Positions 40,088-51,518 of a stretch of 64,000 nucleotides of DNA are shown here, one piece after another. Origin of the DNA: a virus (taxonomy: Duplodnaviria; Heunggongvirae; Uroviricota; Caudoviricetes); IMG/VR virus record IMGVR_UViG_3300013902_000267; one strand, written 5' to 3'. The position numbers and the translations under genes are program-made. Numbering within the stretch: the stretch's first letter is position 1; each line of letters begins with the position of its first letter. The notes beneath the pieces are model-generated. The model was not told the origin of the DNA, made no database searches, and was given only the letters and a program-made list of their open reading frames with translations.

Positions 40088-40396
40088 TTAATCTTTTTTA
40101 TAATAATCATTCAGCCAATCACATTTTTTAAGATAATGGATATATTCACCATTACGGAATGATCCCTCTAAATATTGTGTATCATCCCATGTTTCTTCAT
40201 GTGTATAACCTGTCTGAAGACTATGACATAATACTCTTACATCATTACATTCATCTTCATTGAAATCAGTTAATAATGTAAATACCATATCACCTTCACC
40301 ACCACCATTACGGAATGTATAACCAGTTTTCAGATATTGAGGACGAGACCAGAAATCTGAATGATTCATAGGATAGAATTGTACTTTATTACTCAT
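40088..40396 (-). CDS. hypothetical protein
   Basis: Track ORF of 102 aa. Confidence 0.5.
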   Translation of the reverse strand: MSNKVQFYPMNHSDFWSRPQYLKTGYTFRNGGGEGDMVFTLLTDFNEDECNDVRVLCHSLQTGYTHEETWDDTQYLEGSFRNGEYIHYLKKCDWLNDYYKKD

Positions 40397-40434
40397 AATT
40401 ATTTTATTTTTAATTGTTTAATATACCATATTAA

Positions 40435-40698
40435 TTAGAATGGCAGTTCAGATTCAATAACACCTGGCTCTCCTAATGGGAGAAAATCCATACATGTATT
40501 AGTATTAAATACACGATCAAATGCATACATTACAGAAAACTTTACAAACTCATCCTTATCAACAATAAGATCTGATGTTTCCTGCTGAATATATGATGCT
40601 TCTGCAACTAATGTATTTAATGTATCATTATCAGTTAATTCTTTATTAAAACGATTCTTATATTCGTTTTTAATCATTTCTATTAATGTTGTATTCAT
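40435..40698 (-). CDS. hypothetical protein
   Basis: Track ORF of 87 aa. Confidence 0.5.
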   Translation of the reverse strand: MNTTLIEMIKNEYKNRFNKELTDNDTLNTLVAEASYIQQETSDLIVDKDEFVKFSVMYAFDRVFNTNTCMDFLPLGEPGVIESELPF

Positions 40699-40730
40699 AT
40701 TTCTTATTTTTTATAATTGAATTATTACAT

Positions 40731-40742
40731 CACAAAGATACA
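40731..40742 (-). promoter_or_regulatory. conserved promoter core (gene-sense TGTATCTTTGTG; TAnnTTTG -7-like)
   Basis: One of 5 copies of the ACAAAGATACA motif (plus-strand spelling), each upstream of a minus-strand start codon. Confidence 0.45.
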
Positions 40743-40810
40743 CATATTTTTTAAAACAAAAAAATGATGATACTATATTTTTCAATATAATACCATCATT
40801 TAATATTTAA

Positions 40811-41974
40811 TTATTGTTCGTCAATATAACTATTTGAATCATCATTATCAATATTTTCAGATTGTTCATCTTCAATATTAGTTATACTCTTTAATATATT
40901 ATCTTTATATTTTTTATTTATACATTTATTTAATATATATGGTTCCATAGTTTCCGATCTACTAAACATAAATCCATTTGATTCATATAAATTTGAATTC
41001 TTTTTACATAAAGCAGATATTCTAGAAAATGCAACACCTGTTATCTTTTCCGCATCTTTTAATTTATTACATTTATATAACAATTTTCCGTTTAAATTAA
41101 ATACATTTACTCCTTTTTGTGTTAATAATATATCTTTATTTTTATAATTTACACAATAATTATATATTTCATTAGTCCATTTTCTAGTTAATGTAGGTAA
41201 CTAATATTTTATTATATAATTTTCATAATAATATTTAAAAATAGTTCTTGCTTTCTTAGATGATATAATATAATAACCAAAATTTTTTGTTTTATCTTCT
41301 ATAAAAATATTTGATGTTTTATCCTATAATATTTCTTCAAATCTTTGTTTTATATATAATAGTGTTTCATATGTTCCTACACAACTTATATATAAACGTT
41401 TACTTTTATGTCTATTTTCATTATATACTCCTATAGAACCATCTCCATCTATTACACCTATAATAAAGCAATCCTTATATATAGTTTCTAATATTGGTGG
41501 TATATATACATTCGTTTTCTATTTAGTAATATTAAAATTTTTATATAAATCATTCACTATCTACTCAGATAAAATATGAAAACTTACATTTTTAAATTTT
41601 TTATTATTTAAAATATTATAACCATAATATAATTTATATGTTGATGATATATTATATTTCAACTATTTTAAAAAATTCTCATCTTTTATTGATAATTTTA
41701 TATTCAAATTTTTATTTGTTTTATCTATAGAACCATCGGCAGCTATAAACCCTGCATAGTAAGAATTTATCGGATTTATTAATGAAAAATAATTATCATT
41801 AACATTATAAATACGTTCTCCTTTAATATTTTTCTTTAGTTGTAAATTATATACCTTTTTCCAATATGTTAAATTCTTACAAATTTTACCGGTAATTTCT
41901 TTTGATGCAACCTATTCTGAAATATTTTTATTATTTGCATAATCTATAATTTCCTATAATATATTTTTATCCAT
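40811..41974 (-). CDS. LAGLIDADG homing endonuclease (7 in-frame TAG)
   Basis: Two LAGLIDADG motifs (YYAGFIAADGSI, FIIGVIDGDGSIG). ATG 41974 is in frame with track ORF 40811-41083 (891 nt) and all internal stops are TAG. Confidence 0.75.
40860..40887. repeat. 28-nt perfect direct repeat copy A (GATTGTTCATCTTCAATATTAGTTATAC)
   Basis: Identical to 42066-42093. Encodes ITNIEDEQS at the C-termini of both the LAGLIDADG ORF and the RNA ligase. Confidence 0.7.
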
Positions 41975-42043
41975 TTATTAAAAAATATTTTATATATTTA
42001 TATAAAATATGGAAGCATTTAAACTTAAATGCTTCCATAAATA

Positions 42044-43555
42044 TTAATTAGTTTCATTTTCTGATGATTGTTCATCTTCAATATTAGTTATACCTGCATC
42101 TAATTCTTTTTCTTCCTTATTAACAAAACGATAGCACTTCAATTTGAATGCACGAGGTATCATATCATCTATTTTAATTACAACACCTTCATGTGGAACT
42201 TTATTATTACATTCAGGTGATAACATTTCCATATAAAAATTCTTATCACTTGACATCTTATTCCAAAAATTTTCGTGCCAATGATTAGTTATATCAAGCT
42301 CAGGATACAAATCTTTAGCTTTACCATAATAATATTCAATTACAGGTGTTAATTCATGTTGAATACACCATACTTGTACTTCTCGTGGTGAAAATTCATG
42401 TACATCTCCATCAACATTTGTTAAAGTAATACGATATATCATTATCTTAAAATGCTTTCCATATGTATACTCTTCACCAGACTTTAAAGGTACACATCCA
42501 TAATCATATCCCTTTTGTATATAATTATTATTTGGAAGATAACCTACAATTTCTGCATAAATCATCATTCCCTTTATCATGTGTGGCTTTAATACATTAA
42601 ATGCTTCACCCCATATATCAAAATTATAGAATCCCTTATGATATACATTACCATTTTTTTCAGATTCCTTCATTATATACTGGTTTTTTATAACAGTTCT
42701 TGATGAATATAAATAATCATAATCATTAAATTCATAACCTGTTAAAAATTTCGCAATTTTCTGCTTTATAGTTAATTGTTTCTTACATAAAACATAACCA
42801 ACACAAAGAGAAGTACCGTGCCATTTAGAACTTATATGTATATAATCATTAGGTTGAACAACAAATGGAACCTTCTTAACAAGTGCAGTGTCGTAATGGA
42901 ACCTAAATTGTTCTGGTATAACTCTGTTAAATCTCTTTAACTTTCGTTGTCTTCTCTTATATCTAGATTGATCACCTCCAGTTTTATTTCTCTTTATAAA
43001 TATCTTTGGTATAAATTTCTTTGATAACCAAAATGATTTACCATTATGTTCAATAGTATCAAACCATGTTCCATCCTTTATATCATTCTCATTAACTTCT
43101 ATATTAAAATTATCTAATATAAAATTAAGAACTACTTGTAATTCTATCAAGAAACCATCTGATACACCATTAGGTAAAAATACTTTTTCAACTTCTCCAG
43201 TAGATGGATCAATTTTATCCATTGTTGCTCGTAGTCTAATGGACTTCACTCTACCATTATCATCAAATAACCCAGTTTTATTAGGATTACTATTCATTTC
43301 ATTTTTACGATATAAATTAGCATATCTTAAAAATTCAGGATTTATTTGTGTACTTGATGGAAAGAATACATATTTTCCTGGTTGTGAATCCTTACTTACT
43401 ATAACATTATAAATTGTATCTCCACCTATTCTACAACACTTTAACTTGTTAACTTCAGGATTAGGATGTGGAGAGAAATCCTCTTCCTTGATATAAATTA
43501 CACGTGAAACATAATTAGGGTGTAATTCACTTTCCTTCGACTTAATAAACTTCAT
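42044..43555 (-). CDS. ATP-dependent RNA ligase (503 aa)
   Basis: ISSKWHGTS (KxHG nucleotidyl-lysine motif), IYAEIVGY, HEGVVIKID and FKLKCYRF motifs. Confidence 0.7.
   Translation of the reverse strand: MKFIKSKESELHPNYVSRVIYIKEEDFSPHPNPEVNKLKCCRIGGDTIYNVIVSKDSQPGKYVFFPSSTQINPEFLRYANLYRKNEMNSNPNKTGLFDDNGRVKSIRLRATMDKIDPSTGEVEKVFLPNGVSDGFLIELQVVLNFILDNFNIEVNENDIKDGTWFDTIEHNGKSFWLSKKFIPKIFIKRNKTGGDQSRYKRRQRKLKRFNRVIPEQFRFHYDTALVKKVPFVVQPNDYIHISSKWHGTSLCVGYVLCKKQLTIKQKIAKFLTGYEFNDYDYLYSSRTVIKNQYIMKESEKNGNVYHKGFYNFDIWGEAFNVLKPHMIKGMMIYAEIVGYLPNNNYIQKGYDYGCVPLKSGEEYTYGKHFKIMIYRITLTNVDGDVHEFSPREVQVWCIQHELTPVIEYYYGKAKDLYPELDITNHWHENFWNKMSSDKNFYMEMLSPECNNKVPHEGVVIKIDDMIPRAFKLKCYRFVNKEEKELDAGITNIEDEQSSENETN
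42066..42093. repeat. 28-nt perfect direct repeat copy B
   Basis: See copy A. Confidence 0.7.
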
Positions 43556-43657
43556 ACTAGATTTAATTTTATTTTCCTATGTCATTCTTTAGTTCGAGTC
43601 TCCACTACTCACGTATCACCAGATTATTTTTTAATAGGAAAATAATCAAACCTATTA

Positions 43658-43930
43658 TTAATATTTAGAAAACTGTTCATTCAGAACAGATAATTCTTTT
43701 TCTTTCTTAAAAATTAGCTTATCTAGGAAATCATCCATCATTCTCATTTCATCTTGATTTAGAATAATGTCAATATATGGTTTTCCATAATGATATGTTT
43801 GATAATCACTTTTCATTATCCATTCAATATCATGCAACTTTTTTAATTCTTTACATGCGGATATAATACCTTTAGTCTTTAATATTCTTTCATGTAAAGA
43901 ATTAATTTTTTTTAAAGTATCTTCATTCAT
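43658..43930 (-). CDS. hypothetical protein
   Basis: Track ORF of 90 aa. Confidence 0.5.
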   Translation of the reverse strand: MNEDTLKKINSLHERILKTKGIISACKELKKLHDIEWIMKSDYQTYHYGKPYIDIILNQDEMRMMDDFLDKLIFKKEKELSVLNEQFSKY

Positions 43931-43933
43931 AAT

Positions 43934-44425
43934 TTAAAATAGTTTAACGGACGCATTAGTATCCATTCTTTCCTTCATACCATTATTATAATAATCAGCC
44001 AAAATTTCAGCTTTAATTTTAGGTGACAATACTTTCCGTACTACATAATCATAATTAAAATTAAAGAATTCATTTATAGCTATTACCATTTCATATGCAG
44101 ATAATGTCTTCACCTCTGCTAATTTATTTTTCATGTAATAGAAGATTTTCCCTGTTTCTTCCTTAGGTATTTTTGGAACGACGAATGTAGATGTATCAAC
44201 TTTATATTGTTCTGCAAATGGAGATTCTATCCATATGCTATATAATTTTTCTGCTGTATCTTTCCTTTCATGCAACAAGACTATATCATCTGTCATCGCA
44301 TAATCATACTAATCTGCGACTAAAGGAGATACAGTCATTGTTTGACTTGAAAGATCTGCATTATAGTCTGAACTCGCAAAATACCCATCATTACTAAGCA
44401 TCTTCTATGTATTAATTCTTGCCAT
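43934..44425 (-). CDS. hypothetical protein (2 in-frame TAG), possibly a helicase accessory factor
   Basis: ATG 44425 is in frame with track ORF 43934-44296 (129 nt) and only TAG intervenes. Confidence 0.55.
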
Positions 44426-44491
44426 ATAATGTTTGATATTTTTTCTTTTACTATAATTATATGATAAAAATAGCAAATTGTTTATAATATT

Positions 44492-46000
44492 TTACATAGA
44501 AAATAAATCTTGTGCTTGTATTTGTGTTTCAGTTAATCCTAATTGCGGAGTACTCATAGAATCAGATGCACCGGGACGAATACCAACAGATGAAGAATAA
44601 TTATTTGAATTATTATGTTGGTAATTATTATCTCCTTTATGCTTATCTTTTACTAATCCATCCAATGAAACATTCTCAGGAATAATATTTTCCTCAAGAT
44701 TCTCTTCAATTCTTAAATATGTAGGATTAAAATCAAATTTCTTCTTATCTCCCATGTGTCCAGAATTACGTATTGCTACTGCTTTCAAATAATATGTATT
44801 ATCTACACGCATTAAAGATGACTGAATAATACCGAACAAACTATCAACAGTTGCGATAAGACCTCCAGATTCTGAAACGTTACTCATACCAATATCAGTA
44901 GAATCATATGCAGTTCTATTTGTCTGTGTTAATGATACAACACACCAATTATTTCTCTGAGCCATCGCACGAACATCCTCGCAGATAGATTTAATCTTTA
45001 AATATGTACTTTCAGAATTTGGATTCTTTGCGTCTTTCATAATATTAACATAATCAATGAAAATGTTCTTAAACTTAAATGGTTTATCTTCTGTAGATAA
45101 CTCTTCTTCTTGCTTAAGTAAGAATGACTCAATATCATAAACAGTTGCAGATGATGTAGGGAACTCTTCTATAATAAACTTACCTGGATTAATAAGTGAA
45201 TTCATATAAAATTCCTTCATTTTCTGCATCATAAGATTTGTGTCTGATGCATACTTATCATATTCTTCAATTGGAATATTAAAAAGATTTGAACCTATAC
45301 GTTGTGCTACAAGCTGATAAGCCATCTCCAATGTAATATATGCAGAATTCTCACCATTTCTTACAGAATTCGCACATAGGTTACAAAGCCACATAGATTT
45401 ACCAACTTTAGGTGACCCCATAAATACATTAAGAGTCTTATTTGCCCATCCGCCTTTCAAACATTGATCAACAAAATTATAACCTGTTTTCCTTGTTTCA
45501 AGTTCAGTTTGTTTATGATTAATTGGGTCAAAGAAATCATGTCCTTTAGAATTATTTAATGTAAAATTAGTTTCACTCTGAAATAATGATTTTATATGTT
45601 GTACAATTTCTGCACAATTTTCAAATGTAACTTCAGATTCTGTTGTCTTTACATATTCAATAACTCTTCGGAGACCTGTCATTAAATTCTACCATTCGCC
45701 AAATGCTACTGTATTCTGTTCCAACCATTCATCTGTATATTGACTAACCATATCACGAGTTTGCCATAATGTATGAATTTGATCTTCTGTTACTTTATCA
45801 TCTTTAGCTGCTAATCTAATAAGATCTATTGTTTGTTGCTCAGTTGGTTCTGCTCTAAAATCTAATATATGCGGTTTAACCACATCAAATATAATTTTTA
45901 ATGCAGGATTAGTAAAATATCTTCCTTTAAAAGACTATACAAGATTTAAATTCTTAATTATATAAAAGAATATGACGTTTTCAAGATACGTATTATTCAT
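44492..46000 (-). CDS. DnaB/gp41-like replicative helicase (2 in-frame TAG)
   Basis: Track ORFs 45689-45883 and 44492-45682 are co-framed and joined by TAG 45689-45691, extended to ATG 46000. Walker A GSPKVGKS and a RecA-like core (LTQTNR). Confidence 0.75.
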
Positions 46001-46125
46001 AAATAAATTATTCTACCTTTGTTTTAATTTATAGTGAGTAAAAGTATTAAAGTTTATTAGCAATTCAAAAATTAAGAAAATTATATATAGTTTTGTAAAA
46101 CTATAAAAATTTCTCAATTTTTATA

Positions 46126-46938
46126 TCATTTTATTGGAATTTTTGATGTTTTTTCAAAGATTTTTCTATTGTTTTCATCATTAAGTATATACCCACTGTG
46201 AATAACAAATTTATCTCTATCAAACTCCCCATATTCATCTGATTTCATATGAACAGTTTCCTTATATACAAATCTTCCATATTTCTTTCCATCATCAAAT
46301 GTATTCCAATCAATATCAGTTGATTCTTTCAAAATATCTATAAGTTCATCTGCTTTCTTTGATGTACATTCCTTATGTGACAAATAAGTTCTTACTGTTT
46401 GTTGCTTGCTGTTTCTTATACAATCAAGTTGTCTATATAAGAACCATGTATAAACATCATTATATGATGGAACATTCCATGCTTTACAATCGAACTCATG
46501 TAATTTTATATTATTAATAATATCAATAAGTTCAGATTTACTGAATTGCTCTTTACATGTTCTATTAATTGCTTCAATAATCATTAATTGATTAAACTTA
46601 GATGTTGCCATTGATGCACATAGTGGTAATATTTTCTCCAATCTATAACCAAAAAATGAATCTGTTTCTGGTGTATCAAAATCCGTAATAACAAGAGATA
46701 TTTCATCTGACTGGACATATGCGAATTTACATCCTTGTATACATTCACATAAATATCTTGCGGTTTCATTCATAATATTAATGAATGTATCATCAAATGG
46801 TTTCTTGAAATATTTTTTAATGGTTGATGAAAATGATCTACCGTCTAACATAACCATTACATAACTATTTGGCATTAACTTATAATCTGTTAAACCACGA
46901 AGATATAGCATTCTATCTTCAATATTCTTAAATTTCAT
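46126..46938 (-). CDS. Thg1-like tRNA 3'-5' nucleotidyltransferase
   Basis: MVMLDGRSFSSTIKKYFKKPFDDTFINIMNETA...AYVQSDEISLVI matches Thg1-family motifs. Start placed at MKFKNIEDR. Confidence 0.75.
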   Translation of the reverse strand: MKFKNIEDRMLYLRGLTDYKLMPNSYVMVMLDGRSFSSTIKKYFKKPFDDTFINIMNETARYLCECIQGCKFAYVQSDEISLVITDFDTPETDSFFGYRLEKILPLCASMATSKFNQLMIIEAINRTCKEQFSKSELIDIINNIKLHEFDCKAWNVPSYNDVYTWFLYRQLDCIRNSKQQTVRTYLSHKECTSKKADELIDILKESTDIDWNTFDDGKKYGRFVYKETVHMKSDEYGEFDRDKFVIHSGYILNDENNRKIFEKTSKIPIK

Positions 46939-47025
46939 AATTATACAAATATAATAAAAGGATATTATCAAATAAATCAAATATTTGGTAATATCCTCAT
47001 GTTATTAAAAATTAAATATTCATTA

Positions 47026-47262
47026 TTAATATACAAATTGAATCTTTGATTCAGCCATATTTGTGATACGCCATGAGAACATAGTACCACTCATTTGCTC
47101 AGTTACCTTGTGTTCACAATTTGTAACATTTGTAGCCTCAACAAGATGCACTTCCTTAATTTTCTTAGGCTTACCATTATCTGGATTTTCTCCATCAATA
47201 ACAACAGTACACATATAGAACTTATTGCCTTCTGATGGTTGCATTACTTTCATGTCTTCCAT
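47026..47262 (-). CDS. hypothetical protein (DUF4494-like by eye)
   Basis: Track ORF of 78 aa. Confidence 0.5.
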   Translation of the reverse strand: MEDMKVMQPSEGNKFYMCTVVIDGENPDNGKPKKIKEVHLVEATNVTNCEHKVTEQMSGTMFSWRITNMAESKIQFVY

Positions 47263-47457
47263 AAATTAAACAATTAAATTTGATTTTTTACTTCTTGCTT
47301 ATCCTTCTTAGTTTTAGTTTTTAAATTAATTATTTTTAAAAACCTATGTTTCTTGTTTCATAGACACACTACTTTTTAGTATAGTTATTATTTATAACTT
47401 CTGTCATCCATAGTTAGTATCTCCACAAGCGTAAATTCGGTAAAACTCAACCCTATT

Positions 47458-47772
47458 TTAAACTATTAAATTTAATTTTTTCTCTTCTTGCTTATCATTT
47501 TTATTCTTCATATTCTTTCTACTTTCAAAAAGTTTCTTATCATATGGACTTAATTCCCTACAATTAGCACATATAAAAACTTTCAATGGAACTTGTGTAG
47601 TTTCTGAACCTTGACCAATAAGCATGCCAGGAACTTTCTTAAAAATAATACCAGGTATAAAAACCTCACATCCACAATTTGGACATACTTCTGAAGGATA
47701 ATCTAACGGATTTACCGCTGGCATATTTGCATTAGTACCAGCGGCATTTCCAAATAGTTTGCTATTTTCCAT
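47458..47772 (-). CDS. zinc-ribbon protein
   Basis: CPNCGC...CANCRE Cys4 pattern; track ORF of 104 aa. Confidence 0.5.
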   Translation of the reverse strand: MENSKLFGNAAGTNANMPAVNPLDYPSEVCPNCGCEVFIPGIIFKKVPGMLIGQGSETTQVPLKVFICANCRELSPYDKKLFESRKNMKNKNDKQEEKKLNLIV

Positions 47773-48881
47773 TAGTCAACTTTATTTTCTTCTTTTTCTG
47801 CATCAGCTGCAGCTTCTTCAGCCTCACGACGTGCAATAACAGCATCACGTTCATCAGATGGTACATCTGACAAAATTACACGATTCTTCTCAATCTTATG
47901 TACATATACCTGTACATTTGCACCTGCAGGAATTTCATTATTTCTCATTGCCTCGCGAGTCTCATCCTTTACAAGTGTCTTATGCAACATACCTGTAATA
48001 AACTCGTCAAGCTCGACGAACACACCAAATGAGGTTGTACCTGTTACTTTACCCTCAAATACATGGTCCTTATCATTCTCCAACAAATCCTCAAGTTCAC
48101 GAAGCTTGACTGGAAGCATTGTTCTCAAGAACTTCTTACGTGATACAACAAAACCATAATTTGGATCATAAGATTCAATCATAACCTCAAACTTAGTACC
48201 AACCATGCTCTCAAAATCAGTTACACGGTTAGCTGCTGCCATTGAACCAGGCATAAATGCCTTAACCGTATTCATAATATCAACAACAAATCCACCCTTA
48301 TTAGTAGACAAAATTGTTGCGTAATATGCCTTAGACTTCTTGGTAATCTGTTCCTTCATCTCTCTCTCAAGAGTTTCAACATAACCATTCCAGATAGACG
48401 CTTTCTCAACATCACCCTCTGTAATCTTAGCATTCAAATCCATACCAAGAAGTTGTTCCTTAAACTTAGGGTCCTTCAATGCGGTTACAAACATATCCTT
48501 ATCCATTGTCTTATCATCACCGACATTGAACTGATTAAAGAACTGATGTTCCTTATTAAGATCAACGATAACATTGTTAGAACCACCATTAATTGTCAAC
48601 ATCAATGTATCATCATCAATAGGATCAATATCAGAAATATGCACAAGTGCATTCTTAATAAGTTCCTTACTACCAATTACATGAACATTTGCATATGCAT
48701 CATACAAATCCTGTGCATAAGATTCATGACTATAAACTTTCTCGTTATTCTTTGTCTTAATATTCTTATTTACCTTAAGTGAAGTACCATTCCATCCATC
48801 ATCATATGGACTCCAATCAAATGAACCCGGTGTTGGTTCGCCCCATTCATAACGTTGGGTCAACTCATTAAATTTCGCCAT
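47772..48881 (-). CDS. ribosomal protein S1-like multi-S1-domain RNA-binding protein
   Basis: FEGKVTGTTSFGVFVELDEFITGMLHKTLV S1 motif, further S1-like repeats, and an N-terminal FDWSPYDDGW like Bacteroidota RpsA. Confidence 0.7.
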   Translation of the reverse strand: MAKFNELTQRYEWGEPTPGSFDWSPYDDGWNGTSLKVNKNIKTKNNEKVYSHESYAQDLYDAYANVHVIGSKELIKNALVHISDIDPIDDDTLMLTINGGSNNVIVDLNKEHQFFNQFNVGDDKTMDKDMFVTALKDPKFKEQLLGMDLNAKITEGDVEKASIWNGYVETLEREMKEQITKKSKAYYATILSTNKGGFVVDIMNTVKAFMPGSMAAANRVTDFESMVGTKFEVMIESYDPNYGFVVSRKKFLRTMLPVKLRELEDLLENDKDHVFEGKVTGTTSFGVFVELDEFITGMLHKTLVKDETREAMRNNEIPAGANVQVYVHKIEKNRVILSDVPSDERDAVIARREAEEAAADAEKEENKVD

Positions 48882-48950
48882 TAAATATTCGTTTTTAAAA
48901 AATTAAACTTAAAATTATCAAAAATTAAAAATTATTAAATATTAAATTAA

Positions 48951-49829
48951 TTACTGTTGTACTGTTGAAAGAACAGTAAATGATGTTTGATCAGTTGATT
49001 CAATTCTTACCTTTTGCTTTGAATCATTAGGTAATGTAATAATAATACTCTCTGCATCACCTTTAAGATTTACTGCTGTAAAGAAATTACTTCTGTAAAT
49101 AGGTATTGCATTTTCTGCACCTGTACCATCTTTCAAGAAACCAAGCAAATAATCATAAGATTCATTTGTATCATCATACGCATAAAGTGCCCATTTGCCT
49201 GTACCTTCATCAATCTTTGTATAGAACTTAATAATATCTTTCTTTGCATCTGTAACAAAAATAGAAGAAATATTAGTAAGATTCTTCAATACATTCATTG
49301 AAATCTCAAATGACATAGGATTTGCAATAACATTAATTCTATCAAAGAAAAGTTCATCTGATACTTGTTCAAACTCAGATATATTGCAATCCTTTACCTT
49401 CATTGTATTTGTACGAGATTTAAGTCTAATAGACTGTGCATGGAACTCATCTCCTACATGTCCCTTATAAACATCAAAATCTACATTCAATTGAAAATCT
49501 GTATCCTTGAAAATATCGATAACGGAAATAAATCGTGGAAGAATCATAAAGATACCAATCTTAATTCTTACATTATATTTCTCATTCCATTCATCAAGAG
49601 AATATGCAACATTATCATTATCTCTGATATTCAAAATTTCCAATCCAGCATTTTCAAAAGAAATCTTTGCATATTTAACTACAGTATGATCTGCAGTAAA
49701 ACCCTTTGAAACAAAGCATTGTTCTTTCAAATCACATTCTATGAGAAGTGAACTTTGGATTTCCTTAAAGGCTTTCAACCATGTAGAAAATCCTGCAGTT
49801 GTTCCTTTATTCTTAAATACTAAATTCAT
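48951..49829 (-). CDS. hypothetical protein (possible sliding-clamp-like)
   Basis: Track ORF of 292 aa. The clamp idea rests only on size, beta-rich composition and the replication neighbourhood. Confidence 0.4.
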   Translation of the reverse strand: MNLVFKNKGTTAGFSTWLKAFKEIQSSLLIECDLKEQCFVSKGFTADHTVVKYAKISFENAGLEILNIRDNDNVAYSLDEWNEKYNVRIKIGIFMILPRFISVIDIFKDTDFQLNVDFDVYKGHVGDEFHAQSIRLKSRTNTMKVKDCNISEFEQVSDELFFDRINVIANPMSFEISMNVLKNLTNISSIFVTDAKKDIIKFYTKIDEGTGKWALYAYDDTNESYDYLLGFLKDGTGAENAIPIYRSNFFTAVNLKGDAESIIITLPNDSKQKVRIESTDQTSFTVLSTVQQ

Positions 49830-50134
49830 TATTAAATTATGTTAAAATTAAACGTTTATAATTATTAGATATTTAACTTAATAACAACATATACAAACTT
49901 TATAATATATGTGAAGTTAACCTAAGAAACTATATTATAATATAGAAGATAATTATCTAAATCTTATCTTATCTTTTTTTTAAAAATATAAATTAATTTA
50001 AATTCTATATGCATAATTTATAAACTAAATTCTTCCAATGACTTAAATTTATAAATACATAATGTATATAAAATAAATATATTCATATTTTAATATTTTA
50101 TTTATTATATTGATTAACTTATAAAAAGTTTATA

Positions 50135-51157
50135 TTAAATTCTTGAAAAATTTTTAATAATTGAATTTATACGTTTTGTATGTTTTAATTGTTGTTGTGT
50201 AGTTGGCCATTTAGTATATCCTCTGCTAAACCATGTATGAACAGCAATTAAATTTGTATCATAAAATTCATTTTTAATATCATTGCTATATATCGCTGAT
50301 GTTAATCCCGATAAATCAAATGTACAATTATTTTTTACAAAATCTGAATCATATAAATCTGTACCAAACAAATAATATATAGGTGTATCAGATAAAATTA
50401 CTAATGCTTGCTACAATATATAATATGGTTCAAAATTAGGTTCTTCTTCATCTTTATAACTATATGGAATTTGATGGGGTTCAATTTTATTATCAGGATC
50501 ATCTCTTACTGTTTTACAATAAGGTGTCTCATGATTTGGTAAATCAACTCTTGTTTCTCGAAATATCTTTGCATTAGAAATCATTTTCATTGATTCTCCA
50601 TTCATATACTTATATAAATCTTTATCTTTATTGTTTATTAATTTATTGATAAATTCTTTATATAAAGTATTAGGATTTTTCTCAAATTCGTTTGATATAT
50701 ATGTAATTATATTATTAAAAGAAATATTTTTATCTCTTAATAATTTAATATTCCAAAAACTTAAAAAAGTATTAATCATAAAACGACTATGATTCCTATG
50801 ACAAAATACCCCACCATCTTGAGGACCTGCTATACAACAACCACTTTGTACAAAATTCTTAAATTCTTTTATTAAAGATTCAAAATCATTAATAAAACAA
50901 TCCTCATCTATATAAATTACATAATCAAAATTTTTATTAGATAACATATAACTAAACATTAATAAAAATGCATCTAACCCATAAAATGGCTTGTTATCTT
51001 TTATACCTGGAATAACCCAAAAATTTTGAATAGGTATATATTCTATATATGTCTTTAATGACGGTATTAACAATGAACTAGGTAAACATATTGAATTTGT
51101 TACAAAGCATACTTTATTCTATGATAACCATGTTTTAATCTCTACTATATTATCCAT
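50135..51157 (-). CDS. glycosyltransferase-like protein (2 in-frame TAG)
   Basis: Track ORFs 50411-51073 and 50135-50371 are co-framed and joined by TAG 50411-50413, extended to ATG 51157. YIDEDCF DxD-like motif. Confidence 0.55.
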
Positions 51158-51209
51158 TTAAATAAAATTAAATTATTGTATATATTTTACTTTAAATTAA
51201 TAATAAAGT

Positions 51210-51518
51210 TTACAATGTTGATATATTAAAGCCACAATAACTCAATAAAATTACTATACGGATAAAATCTTGCATTTTAACATTTTCAAAATCTTTAACT
51301 TGCTCAAGATGTATCTTTAATAATTTTATATCTAATGGTTTATTTTCCTTATATAGTTTATATACATAATCATAACATATTTCAAAAAGTTCTTTTTCAC
51401 TTTTAGGCATATCACCATTAAGAATAGTATTCTTCATTTCTAAAGAATAATGGTCAAAGTCCATTTTCTCAAGGGACTTTGACCATTCATTAAAATCTTG
51501 TTTATTTGTTGTGTTCAT
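51210..51518 (-). CDS. hypothetical protein
   Basis: Track ORF of 102 aa. Confidence 0.5.
   Translation of the reverse strand: MNTTNKQDFNEWSKSLEKMDFDHYSLEMKNTILNGDMPKSEKELFEICYDYVYKLYKENKPLDIKLLKIHLEQVKDFENVKMQDFIRIVILLSYCGFNISTL

Noticed and set aside
43590-43625. GTTCGAGTC T-loop-like string downstream of the RNA ligase start region
   Set aside because: No flanking stems form a T arm or acceptor on either strand. A loosely similar GTGGAGA...ATGACA string near 47400-47440 was too weak (about 13 of 19 positions) to call a motif.
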